Shown here piece by piece: positions 13,200 to 25,500 of a stretch of 64,000 bases of DNA. Positions within the stretch are counted from its first letter, which is position 1. The number at the start of each line of letters is the position of its first letter. The notes under the pieces are model-generated. The model made no database searches. It had not been told where the DNA came from and worked only from the letters and a program-made list of their open reading frames with translations. The position numbers were made by a program, and so were the translations under genes. Source of the stretch: Octopus vulgaris (taxonomy: Eukaryota); contig OX597816.1 in assembly GCA_951406725.2 (NCBI GenBank), positions 97,712,001 to 97,776,000 on the forward strand, in the 5' to 3' direction.

Positions 13200-14650
13200 T
13201 TCGGCTCAACCAATAAAGTTTCAGATTTCCATAGAATGAATATGAAAACATGGAAGAATGAATTAACGACTTCAAGAGAGCCTTCTGTAAAGTTAAAATG
13301 AAGAAAGGGTCTCAGAACGTGATGCTGTGTCTCATTCATTGTTTGTATTGTACATTATACTAAAGTCGTTGACATTGAGAATGTCATGTATTTGTGTATG
13401 AATGAGAAAAGAAACAATTTCAAATGCAGCATCCTTTGTTTATAGCTGATCTTAAACTGTTTGCAAAGACTGAAAAATCTGAAATGCAACAAAGAACTTC
13501 AGAAGACATATAGAAATATACGGAAGGTGACGATAACTCAATGGATATTATAAACGAAAAGTGACATCCATAAACTTTACACGCTAAGGGAATTTAGTGG
13601 AATTTATATGAGTGACGAAGAAGATGAAGAAAACTGAACAATGTTGATTGTTACAAAGACAAAACTTTAGAACCGATGTCGTCTTGGGGTAAAAATGTGT
13701 GCTGTGAGAGACTAAAGATTGCATTGATATGAATGAAAGTAATGGATTAAAGTACGATTTAGAAGATATGGTGGAGTTGAACGGAATATACTACCAGATG
13801 GTCAGTTATATGAGTACGTAAGGCGTGGACTGGCAGAAACGTTAGCACGCCGGGCGAAATGCTTAGTGGTATTTTGTCTGAGTTCAAATTCCTCCGAGGT
13901 CGACTTTGCCTTTCATCCTTTCGGGGTCGATAAAAGTAAGTACCAGTTACGCACTGGAGTCGATATAATCGACTTAATCTGTTTGTTTGTCCTCTCTGTG
14001 TTTAGCCCCTTTTGGGTAGTAAAGAAATAGGTATTTTGTCTGTTTTTATATTCTAAATTCAAATTCCGCCGAGGTCGATTTTGGTTTTCATCCTTTCGGG
14101 GTCGATGAATTAAGTACTGGTTGCGTACTGGTGTCGATCTAATCGATGGCTCCCTCCCCCAAAATTTCGGTCCCTGTGCCTAGAGTAGAAAAGAATAATA
14201 TGAGTAAGTATTTCAGTGGATACAGCAAAATACATGACAAAAGATGTTAAAATATCAAAAGTTGCATATGACACGCTAGTCTTCGCTAGAGTATGAGAAA
14301 TTCTTACAAAAAACTAGGTGAAATATGAAATAAGCTAGAATTACTGTAATGTAGGATTTCTAATTAATATACGTAAAACATAATCACATACTAAGCAAAT
14401 GCGGTAGACATGTATAACAAGTATACAAAAAGCGACATGTCAACATTGCACGTTTTTGTTTCACTGAAAACTAGATATATAATTCTAAATGGTTTGATAT
14501 GTGTCAAAAATAGGTATCTACTGATGTGAAAGAAAACTATTGTCGTTAGTTGTGGGATTCAAGCATTTAATATGATCAGATAGTTGAAACAAAAAGACCA
14601 GATATAGTTATTATCATTATGAGAATGTGCCCAGACAATAATATTGCCCA
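13200..14650 (+). mobile_element. Decayed R4/Dong-type non-LTR retrotransposon (RT to REL endonuclease), interrupted by a SINE
   Basis: NMKTWKNEL, MQHPLFIADLKLFAK (cf. HLLFMDDLKLFAK), LPDG..YEY, and LWDSSI*YDQIVETKRPDIVI (cf. LWDxxIQTDxxIxxRRPDIV). Confidence 0.75.
13821..14197 (+). mobile_element. Dimeric tRNA-derived SINE with Nin/Deu-like core and 13-bp target-site duplication
   Basis: Head aggcgtggactggcagaaacgttagcacgccgggcg; B-box-like gagttcaaattcc twice; core ccgaggtcgactttgcctttcatcctttcggggtcgat twice. TSD atatgagtacgta (13808-13820) / atatgagtaagta (14198-14210). Confidence 0.9.
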
Positions 14651-16134
14651 CTTATGATTATCCTCCACTTGAGTTGTAAATTCAGCTCAAAATCTGTCCG
14701 AAATGTTGTTATTTTTGCAACACAAAACATCTGGAAGTTTCGGACGAATAGGAAACCTGATAAAAGGATGAAAGATAAAATTTGAGAATAATGTTGAGAA
14801 GTGAGGGAGATATCAAATTTCGTTAATGAATTTTCAAAATAATGAAGAAAATCACATTTCAAGTGCACACTCTATGACTCTCACTATTGGTATTTAACCT
14901 TGTCTTCGTGGGATGTATATTATTAAATTATTATAATAGGTTACGGATTAGGAAAATCTGAACGAGCCACTTTCCCAGTATTATTTATGGAGAGTTGAAA
15001 TAATTCGGAGACAATGGAAAATAATTCAACATTTTGGTGAAGAACAGAAGAATAATGCCAAATGCTTTTCGACGTTACGAGTAATTAGACGAATAATAAT
15101 TTCACACTAAGACAGGTTAGAAATATCTAGCTATTTTGGAAACCAGTAGCATACCGTTTAAAACCGAAAGACTCATTGAAAATTGAGTGCATACGAAGGA
15201 AGCAAGAAAAACCTGTTCACAATTATCCACCGAAGGACTGTTTAATCTTATACACTATATGTAACACCAAAGAAACATGAGATATTGATAAGAAAAATAT
15301 AATATTGATCATTTTATAAAATGTTCATACAAGTAGGTGATACAGATAGCCTGTATATGAGCCTCGGTAATTGTGTGAAAATTACGTAGAAGACTGTTTA
15401 TATAAACATGTATCAGAATATAAAGAAAACAATGTTGATACCTCTGAATAAGAATCTAATGAAAAACAAACGCCAAATGACAGAAAAGCTATTGCATGCA
15501 TCGAATGTATGAAAGAAAAAAAGGAACGAGAGAATCATTTTGAGTTTCTTCAAAAGCACTCAAAGTCTGGACTGGTTAAAATTTCTGAGGATAGCTTCAG
15601 AAAGCATTATAATGAAGACACTAGAGGTGAACATAAGGACAAAAGCAATCTGATAAGTTGAGTCTAACTCAGCCGCTTTTACCATAGCCTCAAAGCAGAG
15701 GGACTGTAGCCGTCTTTCCCCGCCAAAGAAAGTGACATTCTGATTTTTACTGTGCACGTAACTGATAGTAATTTTCATTCTCTTCAACGCAAGGGCGTAA
15801 GACAAAATAAATGATGGGTACAGAGCGGATACTTTCAGGCTGTATCGTGAGCTGATTCAGCTTTTGGTACATTCGTGGTTACAGAAATTTTTAAAACAAA
15901 TAATGACCACCATACCACAAGCATGGATTTTAAAAGTTATTTATTGCACCCTCTTTAAAATTCCTTTATACGAGACGGTTCAGACGTCTCTTCTAAGTCT
16001 CGTTGATGTCAAAATCGTTTCCAAATCCCCGTCAATACAGTAACCATAAGAGCATTACAACAAACCATAGCACATACCCATGGTACACAGAACTGTGCTC
16101 AGTAGTGCAGTGAAAGCACGTGAAGAAATAAGAT

Positions 16135-16273
<139 letters not shown>

Positions 16274-16279
16274 GTAATG

Positions 16280-17500
16280 TTTTATTCACTGCAAGGATTT
16301 ACAATGCAATACGTGTCATAGAAATGCATAGAACGAAGGGAAACACACATAGAAATATGAGATGACACCTGTGTTGGATTAGTCTACAGCAAGTCTCAGA
16401 CGGTCATCCGACCAATTCATCCTCTGATAACTGGATGCTACGAAATTTTCTGTCGTCATTTTCTGCAATAGCTGTTTCATGAAAGCCCGCACATTCACTG
16501 GAGTTCGAATGTCTGCCGCAAGGAGACTGTTTGCATTAACTTTGCTAACCACGTGGTAATTTTTAGGCGTCCTGTGTATGCCCCCATCTCCTTCTCAAGC
16601 AACACAATATTTTATTCATTCTCTAGCAGGGAGAACATTAGATTAAGAAGAATAATGCTATCAATATCCATTATCATAAAGATACGAAAGTCCTCTTTTC
16701 ATACCCTCCTAAATTTTAATATTAAGAAGAGGATAAAAGAATCATATTTCTCTAAGCATTGATGGATTTTTAAGCTTTACTTCCAGCGAAATGCCTTCCT
16801 CTTTGCTACCCAGATTGTATCCAATATCATATTACCCACTTCAAATTTTACTTATTCCCATTCCACTTCATCAGGTTTCCCCTCTTGTGCATACGCACAA
16901 AAGTACTGAAATACATTTAGTTGCTCACCAAACTCCGACGACTTGTGAAACTTGTGATCAATGACTTTTCCACCAGCCTCAGCAATTCATAAAAAGTACA
17001 TAAGATTGCCTTTTATAATTGAGGTACCGGCAATCTATTGATTTCTTCTTGCCTGAATTTACAATTTTTTACCTTGTTTTTAGTAAATTCTAACTCTGTC
17101 TAGTTTCCACCTCGTCATCCACGCTGAAAAACTACTGTTGACTACTGTAACTACTGTTGAAAGTATCTAGCTTAGTTATGCTGGGGATGACGTGACGATT
17201 TCTCGATTATTTTGTATATGATGCTGGAGGTAGTGTGAGATGAGGTGGTATCGTCTGATTCCAATCCAGATATTTCTTAAGCAGCAACTTATGTTGCTCT
17301 GAGAATAGTGTTAGTAGCAGCCACAGTCTGAATAGCAAGGATCTGTTGTACCTCTTACTGCGACATCTGCTGTCGACTTCCGTCCAATTTGGTCGATTAC
17401 TTTTCCTCTTCTGGGCAGTATACATATTAATGACACATATATATGTGAGATTTATCAGTCTGATTAACTCTCTGACCGTTTCCTCAATATAATACAACTT
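16280..17500 (-). mobile_element. Possible very old L1/Tx1-like LINE relic
   Basis: Only weak resemblance of minus translations to Tx1 endonuclease and C-terminal segments; ends at the (TTC/TTA)n tract. Confidence 0.25.
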
Positions 17501-17550
17501 CGAGGTAGATTCTGGAAATCATAAAAATCTCCAAACAAAGCTCAGTAATA

Positions 17551-17870
17551 TCAGGTCATCCCATGCAAAAATCATATCACAGAAGATGGAAAAAAAAAAT
17601 CCTCATCTACATTATTCCGCCGACGTTGCTCCTTCAGACTACCATTTGTTTCGTAATTTACAGACTCATTTGTGGAACATAACTTTCGCAAGCCAGTGAG
17701 ACGTAGAAACTGAGTTTTACATTGATGGGATTAAAACGCTTGTAAATAGACGGAAGGAAGTAATAGATAATCAGGGAAAATACATTGATAATTAAATTTC
17801 AATTAAATATAACATTTGATCACTTGTTTTCTTTATTCAAAATTCAGACAGAACTTATGGGATGATCTGA
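17551..17870 (+). mobile_element. mariner deletion derivative (320 bp) with both TIRs and TA TSD
   Basis: TA-tcaggtcatcccat ... atgggatgatctga-TA; translation YSADVAPSDYHLFRNLQ...FYIDGIKTLVNRRKEVIDNQGKYIDN* (mariner YSPDLAPSDY motif). Confidence 0.92.
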
Positions 17871-19103
17871 TACATCGGGTTGAGCTCACCATCGCGCTCA
17901 TCAATAACGCGTAATGAAGAAAGAATGTTACGAGAAATCAATATTTAAAATTCGTAGTAAGACCAATACTGTGGATTCTTATAGTGTTTCTGGTTTCTCA
18001 ATAACATCTTACTAGTCTAGGAATAGAAGAGAGGCATATCTAGTTTTCTCATCATGTCTTCAGCCTAAAAACACAAGAGATGTTTTCATATGTCATGTTT
18101 AATCGATGGAGAAAATGTCTAATCACATCCGGTCAGGTGCTTGTCGGATAGCTTCAAAGGCTTATTCACGTGCCTCATATACACAGGAGCCAATCAATGC
18201 CTCGCGATAATTTTATATAAACTATTTCTTCGGTAGATAAACCACAATATAAACCAAAACTATAAAACCTAGAAAGAAATATTGAAGATCTCTATTTCTA
18301 TGATCAATCATAATTGCACTATATTCCAAAAGTACAAACTACTTGTTTACTATGTAATGTGCAGAGGAAAACAGCCTGATAGATAAGATAAACATCCAGG
18401 ATCGTCTCTTGATTTTAACCCTACAGAAAGGTAAGGTATCATAGAAGTACAAAACTTGTAAGTCATACTTGATCAATTTCAAATTGAAAAAGGAACGTGC
18501 TATTGGCTTGGGCACAAAAAAAGTTACAGCAGATTATTTCGAAAATTAAGTCAAAAGTACGACTGATACCAGTGGTGACGAATTCACGGCAAAATAGAAT
18601 CATTTAAAACACTGAGCAGTATAACATTGATATTTTACTTATGTAAAGTGCTCTTACTTCATCTACGCATTTTATTATATGATATAACGCTTTCTTCTTC
18701 CTGCGGTTACTATTTGAAATATAAAATGTTGCTTTGGGCAGTGCGCGTAGATTCTTAGCAGGACTATTGAATAAATAGATATTTCTATGTAAAATTACTA
18801 ATAGACACAATGCAAAAAAAGCAACACATGTAGGTGACAAACCATTAATTAGATTGGATCAATGCACCTCATTACCCCTACAACATTTCGGCTGTCTCAT
18901 AACCCGGGCATAGTTTTTCATCTTCATTCAATATTTATACATATATTTCGACACATCCATTCGAAACTTACTCCTATAAAAACATCCGAGAATCTCTAAG
19001 CTCTCAGAGTTCGGCTTTTCTGCATACAGTAAGGTAACCCCTACTGCGACACTTCGTCCGTTTTGGCCCGAAATGATAGTTTGCTCCTTCGTAATCCTAC
19101 TTA

Positions 19104-19392
19104 GATGGCGCATGGCCTATTTGCTATGTCGTTGCACTCGCGATCTCCTGATCGTGGGTACGATTTCTAGACCCAGTGGCACTTTGTGGTTTTAGGATGA
19201 ACACTTCAACTAACGTTACTCCGCGATCACTTCGACATCTGACGGGTGGTACACTGTGCATTAGTACAAATAATAAATGTTCGATGGAGTGAGCGAGTTA
19301 ATATACCGCACAATCAATATAAACACATCCTGTGTGCAGGTTTTTCAGTAAGAAATTGCTAGACCCTCTTTGTCTGATGCGAGAAACCTCCA
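19104..19392 (+). mobile_element. tRNA-derived SINE (second family)
   Basis: A-box-like ggcgcatggcctat and B-box-like ggtacgatttc, then a tgtggttttaggatgaacactt body; related to 32922 and 55963. Confidence 0.65.
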
Positions 19393-20406
19393 TTTTAGAA
19401 TTCCAGTTATATCACTATGCAAATGCTATGTACTTGTTTATAATTATTCTATAGCTATACATGTATGCAAATGTTATCATGCTATCTGAGAGTGCAAATT
19501 CTATTGTCCACGTGTATGCGCCGACAACCGAAATTATACATGTGAGAATCTGTGTCCGTGCTTATACTATCTGTTATTCCATGTAAGTTCTTTTCTCGGT
19601 GTATATTCTACATACTGTACAGCATGTTTCTGGCTGCGCTTACATGAGACCTGAGACATTTGCAATTATTTCTATTGTTACGATCGTTGTCTTAGTAATC
19701 ATTGCCAGAAATGAATCCAGCTCATTTCCTTTTATCGACAATTCATTAATGCTTTACCTTACTCTTTCTCTTATTCTCCCTTATTTTTCTCTCTGTCTAA
19801 ATCTACAGAAATCCTCTTCCAGTTTCTGCTACAAGTTCTCTCACTCACTGTCTCTCAATCACTCTCTCTCTCTCCCTCTATTTCTATCTCTCTCACCCAC
19901 TCTCTCTACATCTTTGAATGCTACCCAATGATTGTTATTTCCTGTTATATTATCTTCATCTTATGCAGAAAATCCTCCTTTAATTAATTTGACTTTGATA
20001 ACAATACATACAAATTTGACCCCCACCAGGCTCGTTGGATTCAGTGATTTAAAGCAGATACTGAATAGCTTTAAAAGGGAACTTTCACATAACTAAAATG
20101 AAGCTGATATTATGTCAACCGACTATTATTCAGATTTATCATACGATGGTTAGTCACTTCAACCTTTAAATTGCGGCCATGTATTCAAGTGTTTAATTTA
20201 GCAGAATGTCCTTAATATTTGAGTTTTTTCACTTACACACACACACACATATATATGATTTCCTTCCTCTCTAGAAATTGTCAAATACAATTTTGTGAAT
20301 GTACAAATAGCTTTTTCATTTATATAAGATATGTATTTTAGGGGTTTTGTTTAGAAGAGAATATTGTTTTCGTTTTTTGTGTTGAGGTTCCAAGACAATG
20401 GAGATG

Positions 20407-20421
20407 GATAGATAGACAGAC

Positions 20422-20511
<90 letters not shown>

Positions 20512-20525
20512 TCAGACAGATAGAC
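20407..20525. repeat. (GATA)n microsatellite
   Basis: Directly visible. Confidence 0.97.
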
Positions 20526-20529
20526 AAAT

Positions 20530-20879
20530 ACTTGGAAAGTGGTTCACACATAAAATACAAGATCGGATTCCTTTTCAAAATAAATGCAGATATGACTGCA
20601 AAACGCAAAACCTTATATACTATATTACCTGCCCAAACTGCGAAGAACATTATATTGGCGAAACAAATAATTTCCTCTGCCAACGTGCAAGAATCCACTG
20701 GCAACATATCCGACAAGAAGAATTACACAAGATTTCATTAAGTAAGCATCTGGAAATATGTGGCGATGGAAAATTCAAATTTCTTCCCTTTTACAAATGT
20801 GATCGGGACGATCCACAATACCGAAAAGCAATGGAACTGCATTTCATCAAAAAGCTTCTCTCCAAAGTTGAATGTTTGA
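20530..20879 (+). mobile_element. Penelope-like element GIY-YIG endonuclease fragment
   Basis: FKINADM/CKTQNLIYYITCPNCEEHYIGETNNFLCQRARIHWQHIRQ...SKHLEICGDGKFKFLPFYKC...RKAMELHFIKK/SPKLNV*: LIY-YIG motif with the conserved R, E and terminal N. Confidence 0.92.
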
Positions 20880-21655
20880 CAGAAAAGCAGAGACAGTACG
20901 TTTTGAAAGTGTTATACTAATGCTCACTAGCGCAAAACCATGGAATTGAAAGAGGTGTGATCGAAGTTACATAGTAGAAACATGGGCATGTTCCCAACAA
21001 CACCCACACACCCACACATACACAACACACACACACGCGCGCGCGCACACACACACTTCATCAAGGAATCCTCCCTAAAATTGAACGTTTGAGGGTAAAA
21101 GGGAGAATTTGAATTCTTTTTTCCAAATAGGCTCCTCTCTACAAATGTTCAGATGTATACGTGTGTAACGTTGGGACGTTCTAGCTTTACGTATATATAT
21201 ATGTATATACGTGTATGGATATATATGTGTGTGTATGCATGTATATACATGAGTGTATGTATATGTATATATATATGTATATATTCATTTTATTTTATTT
21301 ACCGATTGATTTTTCAAATTGTTTATTTGCAAATATTATACAAATGTATTTTCATGCAGAACGACACTTTATCAAAAACTTCCCTCCAAAATATAATACA
21401 AAGAGGAGAAAAAGACAGAAAAGAAGAAAAAGGATGGAAAAAGGAAAGAAGAAAAAGAGGAAAGAAGAAAAAGGAAGAGAGAAAGAATGCAAAAATACTT
21501 TCAGTGATGAACAAACCGCTCCTGTGTGTGTTTTTTTAAGAGGCCACCATCCTTAAATCCATTCCACTACAATGGTAAACGAAAAAATAATTATATAAAT
21601 GAATGAATGTTGAATCGGAAGGTGGATACCCCTTCTCTCTCACATTCCCTCTACC

Positions 21656-21656
21656 C

Positions 21657-21742
<86 letters not shown>
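21656..21742. repeat. (ATCT)n microsatellite
   Basis: Directly visible. Confidence 0.97.
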
Positions 21743-21743
<1 letters not shown>

Positions 21744-21850
21744 CCCTATCAAGCTACCTATATTTCTATCTATCCATCTACAAAAAAAGATCCTCACCCA
21801 AAAAAACAAAAACAATATTCTCTTCTACCCCCCCCCCCCAATAAAACATA

Positions 21851-22687
21851 TCTATATATATAAAACTCAACTTGTGTGTCTGAGTGTGTATCTGTGTGTG
21901 TGTCTGTGTGTTTAACTTCCCGGCACATCCCCTCCTAGCCAACAAATCGTAGAACCACCAAAAAATGGGTCACTTAAAGTTTAGGCGAATGAAAATTGAA
22001 CTGCGCTATTTCTGTTCCGAAATTCATCTCGCAAGTGCAAAAATCGATAATGTGTTTGTTTAGGCCCTATCCCATGCATTGAATAGTGAACTTTACCCAG
22101 TCAGCTGGTTGACGTGAACTGTGTTCACCACGCGTGCAAGCATGCGTAAATTGCATGAAAAATAAAAAATGAAAATATAAAAACGAATCGCCGTAAACAT
22201 TGTACAAATTCGGCAAAGAAATTAATTTTCGGGATGTAGCCTGGAGGGTTTTTTCGTATTAATCGTTTGGACTTTGTGAACACATACCAAATGTTTTCAT
22301 AACATTTTTAACGCTTTGAATTAAATGTGACCATTTTGCGTTGAGTCTGCAGTTTGAATCACTTTAACCAAATTTTAGCAGGCCGGATTTTTGATCACCA
22401 CGATACATCGCCAACGACTCCCTGAAACTCTCCCCTGAAATCCCCATTGAGAAATACTGATCTAAAAGAATAATTCAACAATGCAATTATTTGATCAACA
22501 AAAATTTATGAAATGCTTCTACGTACTTCCTTTTAAGGAAATGGAACACATAAGCGCAAAAATAGAGGGCATTAAATGCTTGATTTTAAAACCAAAATAA
22601 TTGAATTTTGATTTAACTTCATCCAAGTTTAGCTTAATTCGCGCGTGCATAGAACGCACGAGCGCACGAGTCGGGCAATACTGCTAG
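21851..22687 (+). mobile_element. Non-autonomous Helitron
   Basis: A^TCTATATATATAAAA 5' end; subterminal hairpin cgtgc-atagaac-gcacg (22644-22660); CTAG^T 3' end; inserted between A and T with no TSD. Confidence 0.85.
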
Positions 22688-22971
22688 TATTTTATATATA
22701 TTTGACAAGTTCTAGAAGGAACGAAAGCGCTAATAATAATGAAGAAATAACAGGTTTTTTTCCAAAATTCTGACGACTTTCTTTTCTCGATATTCAATTC
22801 TGTACATCACACCTAACACTCAATACTTATATATATAAGCACATATACAAACTCATATATTATATATATGTATATACATACATAAATACATACATACATA
22901 CATACACATATATATCTATTTATTTATTTATTTATATACATGATGGATTCTGGATTCTCTCAAAGCGGTAA

Positions 22972-23390
22972 TCATGTACTATGGAGGGGAATGTGTATCT
23001 TAAGGCCTGTTGTTGCCTTAGAAACCTTTCGACAAAGGGAAGACTCGGTTCGTTCGAGTGCTTGTGAATCATTTACTATGTGTTTTCTTGAGTGGACAGG
23101 AAGACCTGATCTGCTTCGTGTCACAAATCCACACTGAAAGGTAAAATTTCCATTTAGAAAACTAATGCTTTGCCACCGTGCCCTCATGCTTGCACGAAGT
23201 TTGTCCCGATATTGCAATCAACTTTGCTGAAATCTTTGTACTGAGGAGAAGCAGAACTACATTTGTTTTCTCAGGAAGAAAATGGAGTATGTAATTTAAA
23301 ACAGTGTAATTCGGTTCGATTCGACTTAAAGTTTCGCAGGCCTCTAACAAAAGTCAGTCTCCTTCCGGCTTTAGTTTACCGAGTGGAGAG
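22972..23390 (-). mobile_element. RTE-like LINE 3' end with two decayed C2H2 zinc fingers
   Basis: FQQS*LQYRDKLRASMRA followed by QCGFVTRSRSGLPVHSRKH and LCRKVSKATTGLKIHIPLH, resembling the RTE terminal finger at 60103-60291. Confidence 0.55.
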
Positions 23391-24815
23391 ATATAGAAAA
23401 TCCAAAATAGCTATAAGATGATTTGAGTGCCTTTCTCCTCAGTTTGTTCACTCTTTCTTGCGTGTGTGCGTGTGAGTGTGTGTGTGCGATGTATGTTTGT
23501 GTACGTATGTATATATAAATATTCATGTATATGTATCTTGTTCACCTTACGAGCGATGCGTGGTACCAGCATTTTCTACTCGTGTCAAGTAAAGCATACT
23601 ACTCCAAATGCTTGCGTAAGTGAAATCAGGACAGGCTAGTTTGTATTAGTAGCAAGTCATACAGATTGCAATTCGAACGACAGAGCAAACGATATATATA
23701 TTTGAAATGTTTATATTTTGAAATGTATTAACTGATGAACGTTTTACTTCCCAACAATGATCATATAAACAGCCACATTTTCCTGTCGGGTATTTATATG
23801 TCCTAATATTAGACTATTTTCTATAGCCAATACAAATTAGAAGGCCATAACCATCTAAGTAACCCATCGTTACTGCTATCTCAGGTTAAGGAATTTCATG
23901 CTTACGGAAATTGTAAAGTGCGACCATTAATTTCGAGATATGGTCTATAATTTTGCGCTTACGGATACTCGTATTGCATAATTTTAGATTGTTAACGATT
24001 TAAAACTGCACTTCCTTCTTAGCTGAAAATCGTCTTCCGTTTTAAGATCAAAAGATATAACAGACGATTTGAAATATGTATGTATGTGTGTATGTCTGTG
24101 TGTGTATGTGTGTGTTGTTTGTGTGTGTTTGAATGTGTGTGTATGTATGTATTTTTGTATGCGTAATGTGCCTATCATATACATTAACCCAACCAACAAC
24201 AGTAACATATAGTATGAAGTAAATGAGCAAATCTATTTTAAATAAAAAAAACCATACAATGTGGTATCCTAGATAATTTTAAAAGTTGAATGAAATGTCT
24301 GTGATCATAGGCCCATGAGTATTGACTTGGGACTAAACAGCCCAAAACGATAGAATAAGCAAGAACAATATAACCACCCCAAAACCCATAATACCATAAC
24401 ACCCATTGTCACTAACATCTAAACCAATGCAACCCATATCATTCCACCAACTTTTGAATCCATGTGATAACAAAAGATAACCAGCTTGTAAGCCATAAGA
24501 CAACACATGCCTCTGCATTAGTGTATGTGTATGCTTGTGTGTGTGTGTGCGTGTGTGTGTGCATGTGTGTGTGTGTGTTTGTATATAAGTGTATGTGAGC
24601 TTGCGCGTGCATTTATGTCTTAAGACAAAAGTGCAAAGAGTGAATTGCCTATAAAATCTGGTGAACATTCGGATAATTTTAATCATGTAGTACTCATTCT
24701 TTCCGAGTCATTCACCTTTACACCTCATTTTCGTTATGACATCAATATGAAAAAGACAATTTTCTGCTTTCGTAAAGCAGACCTTGCTTGGGCCAATTTG
24801 TTTTTTTACTACAAA

Positions 24816-25038
24816 CTAGTTCAAACCCGTTGCTACCCCGTGGCATAAAAATATTTCTAAATCATGAAATTACCTTCATAACTTGTGCAAATAATATTTA
24901 AATTAATTTTCTTGGTGAATATGAGATAAAAAAATAAGATGAATATACATTATACATACATAGATATATATGTGTGTGTATGTATGTATATATATATATG
25001 AAGTTTGTGCTGCCTGGTCAATCTGTTGAAAGACAGAG

Positions 25039-25088
<50 letters not shown>

Positions 25089-25426
25089 GCTCACACACAC
25101 ATACACACACACTTAAACAAAGGAATAACTATATATCGTTCAAAACCTGTTACTTACGTTGGTGACAATAGTCTGCCTATCAATCTCTGTCTCTCTCTAG
25201 CTACCTATCTATCTCTATCTCTTTATCTTTTTCTCTCTCCCTCACACGCACGGGCTCGCGCGCACACACACACACTGCTTTCTCTCAAAGACACCTTTCT
25301 CCCCTCCCCTTCTCTTAAAAATACATTGTGGCGTATGTTTTTGATTGCTCTCTTTTCCATCACTTTTGTAGATGCTGTTACGGACAGAGAGACTCGGGAA
25401 TCGGCTTGTCTTTTTATAATATAAGA
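24816..25426 (-). mobile_element. Non-autonomous Helitron (contains (CA)n)
   Basis: Minus strand: A^TCTTATATTATAAAAA 5' end; 3' end gccacggggtagcaacgggtttgaaCTAG^T with GC-rich hairpin-like subterminus. Confidence 0.75.
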
Positions 25427-25500
25427 TTTATTGTGGACACGTAATCGCTGCTACTCTTGGATTTGCCTTTAATTTAAGATGACTGGAAAGAACATCATTT

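Noticed and set aside
15550-15880. Possible Tx1 RT fragment (LSYALAL on minus)
   Set aside because: QG and YADD motifs are not recognisable; too weak to list.
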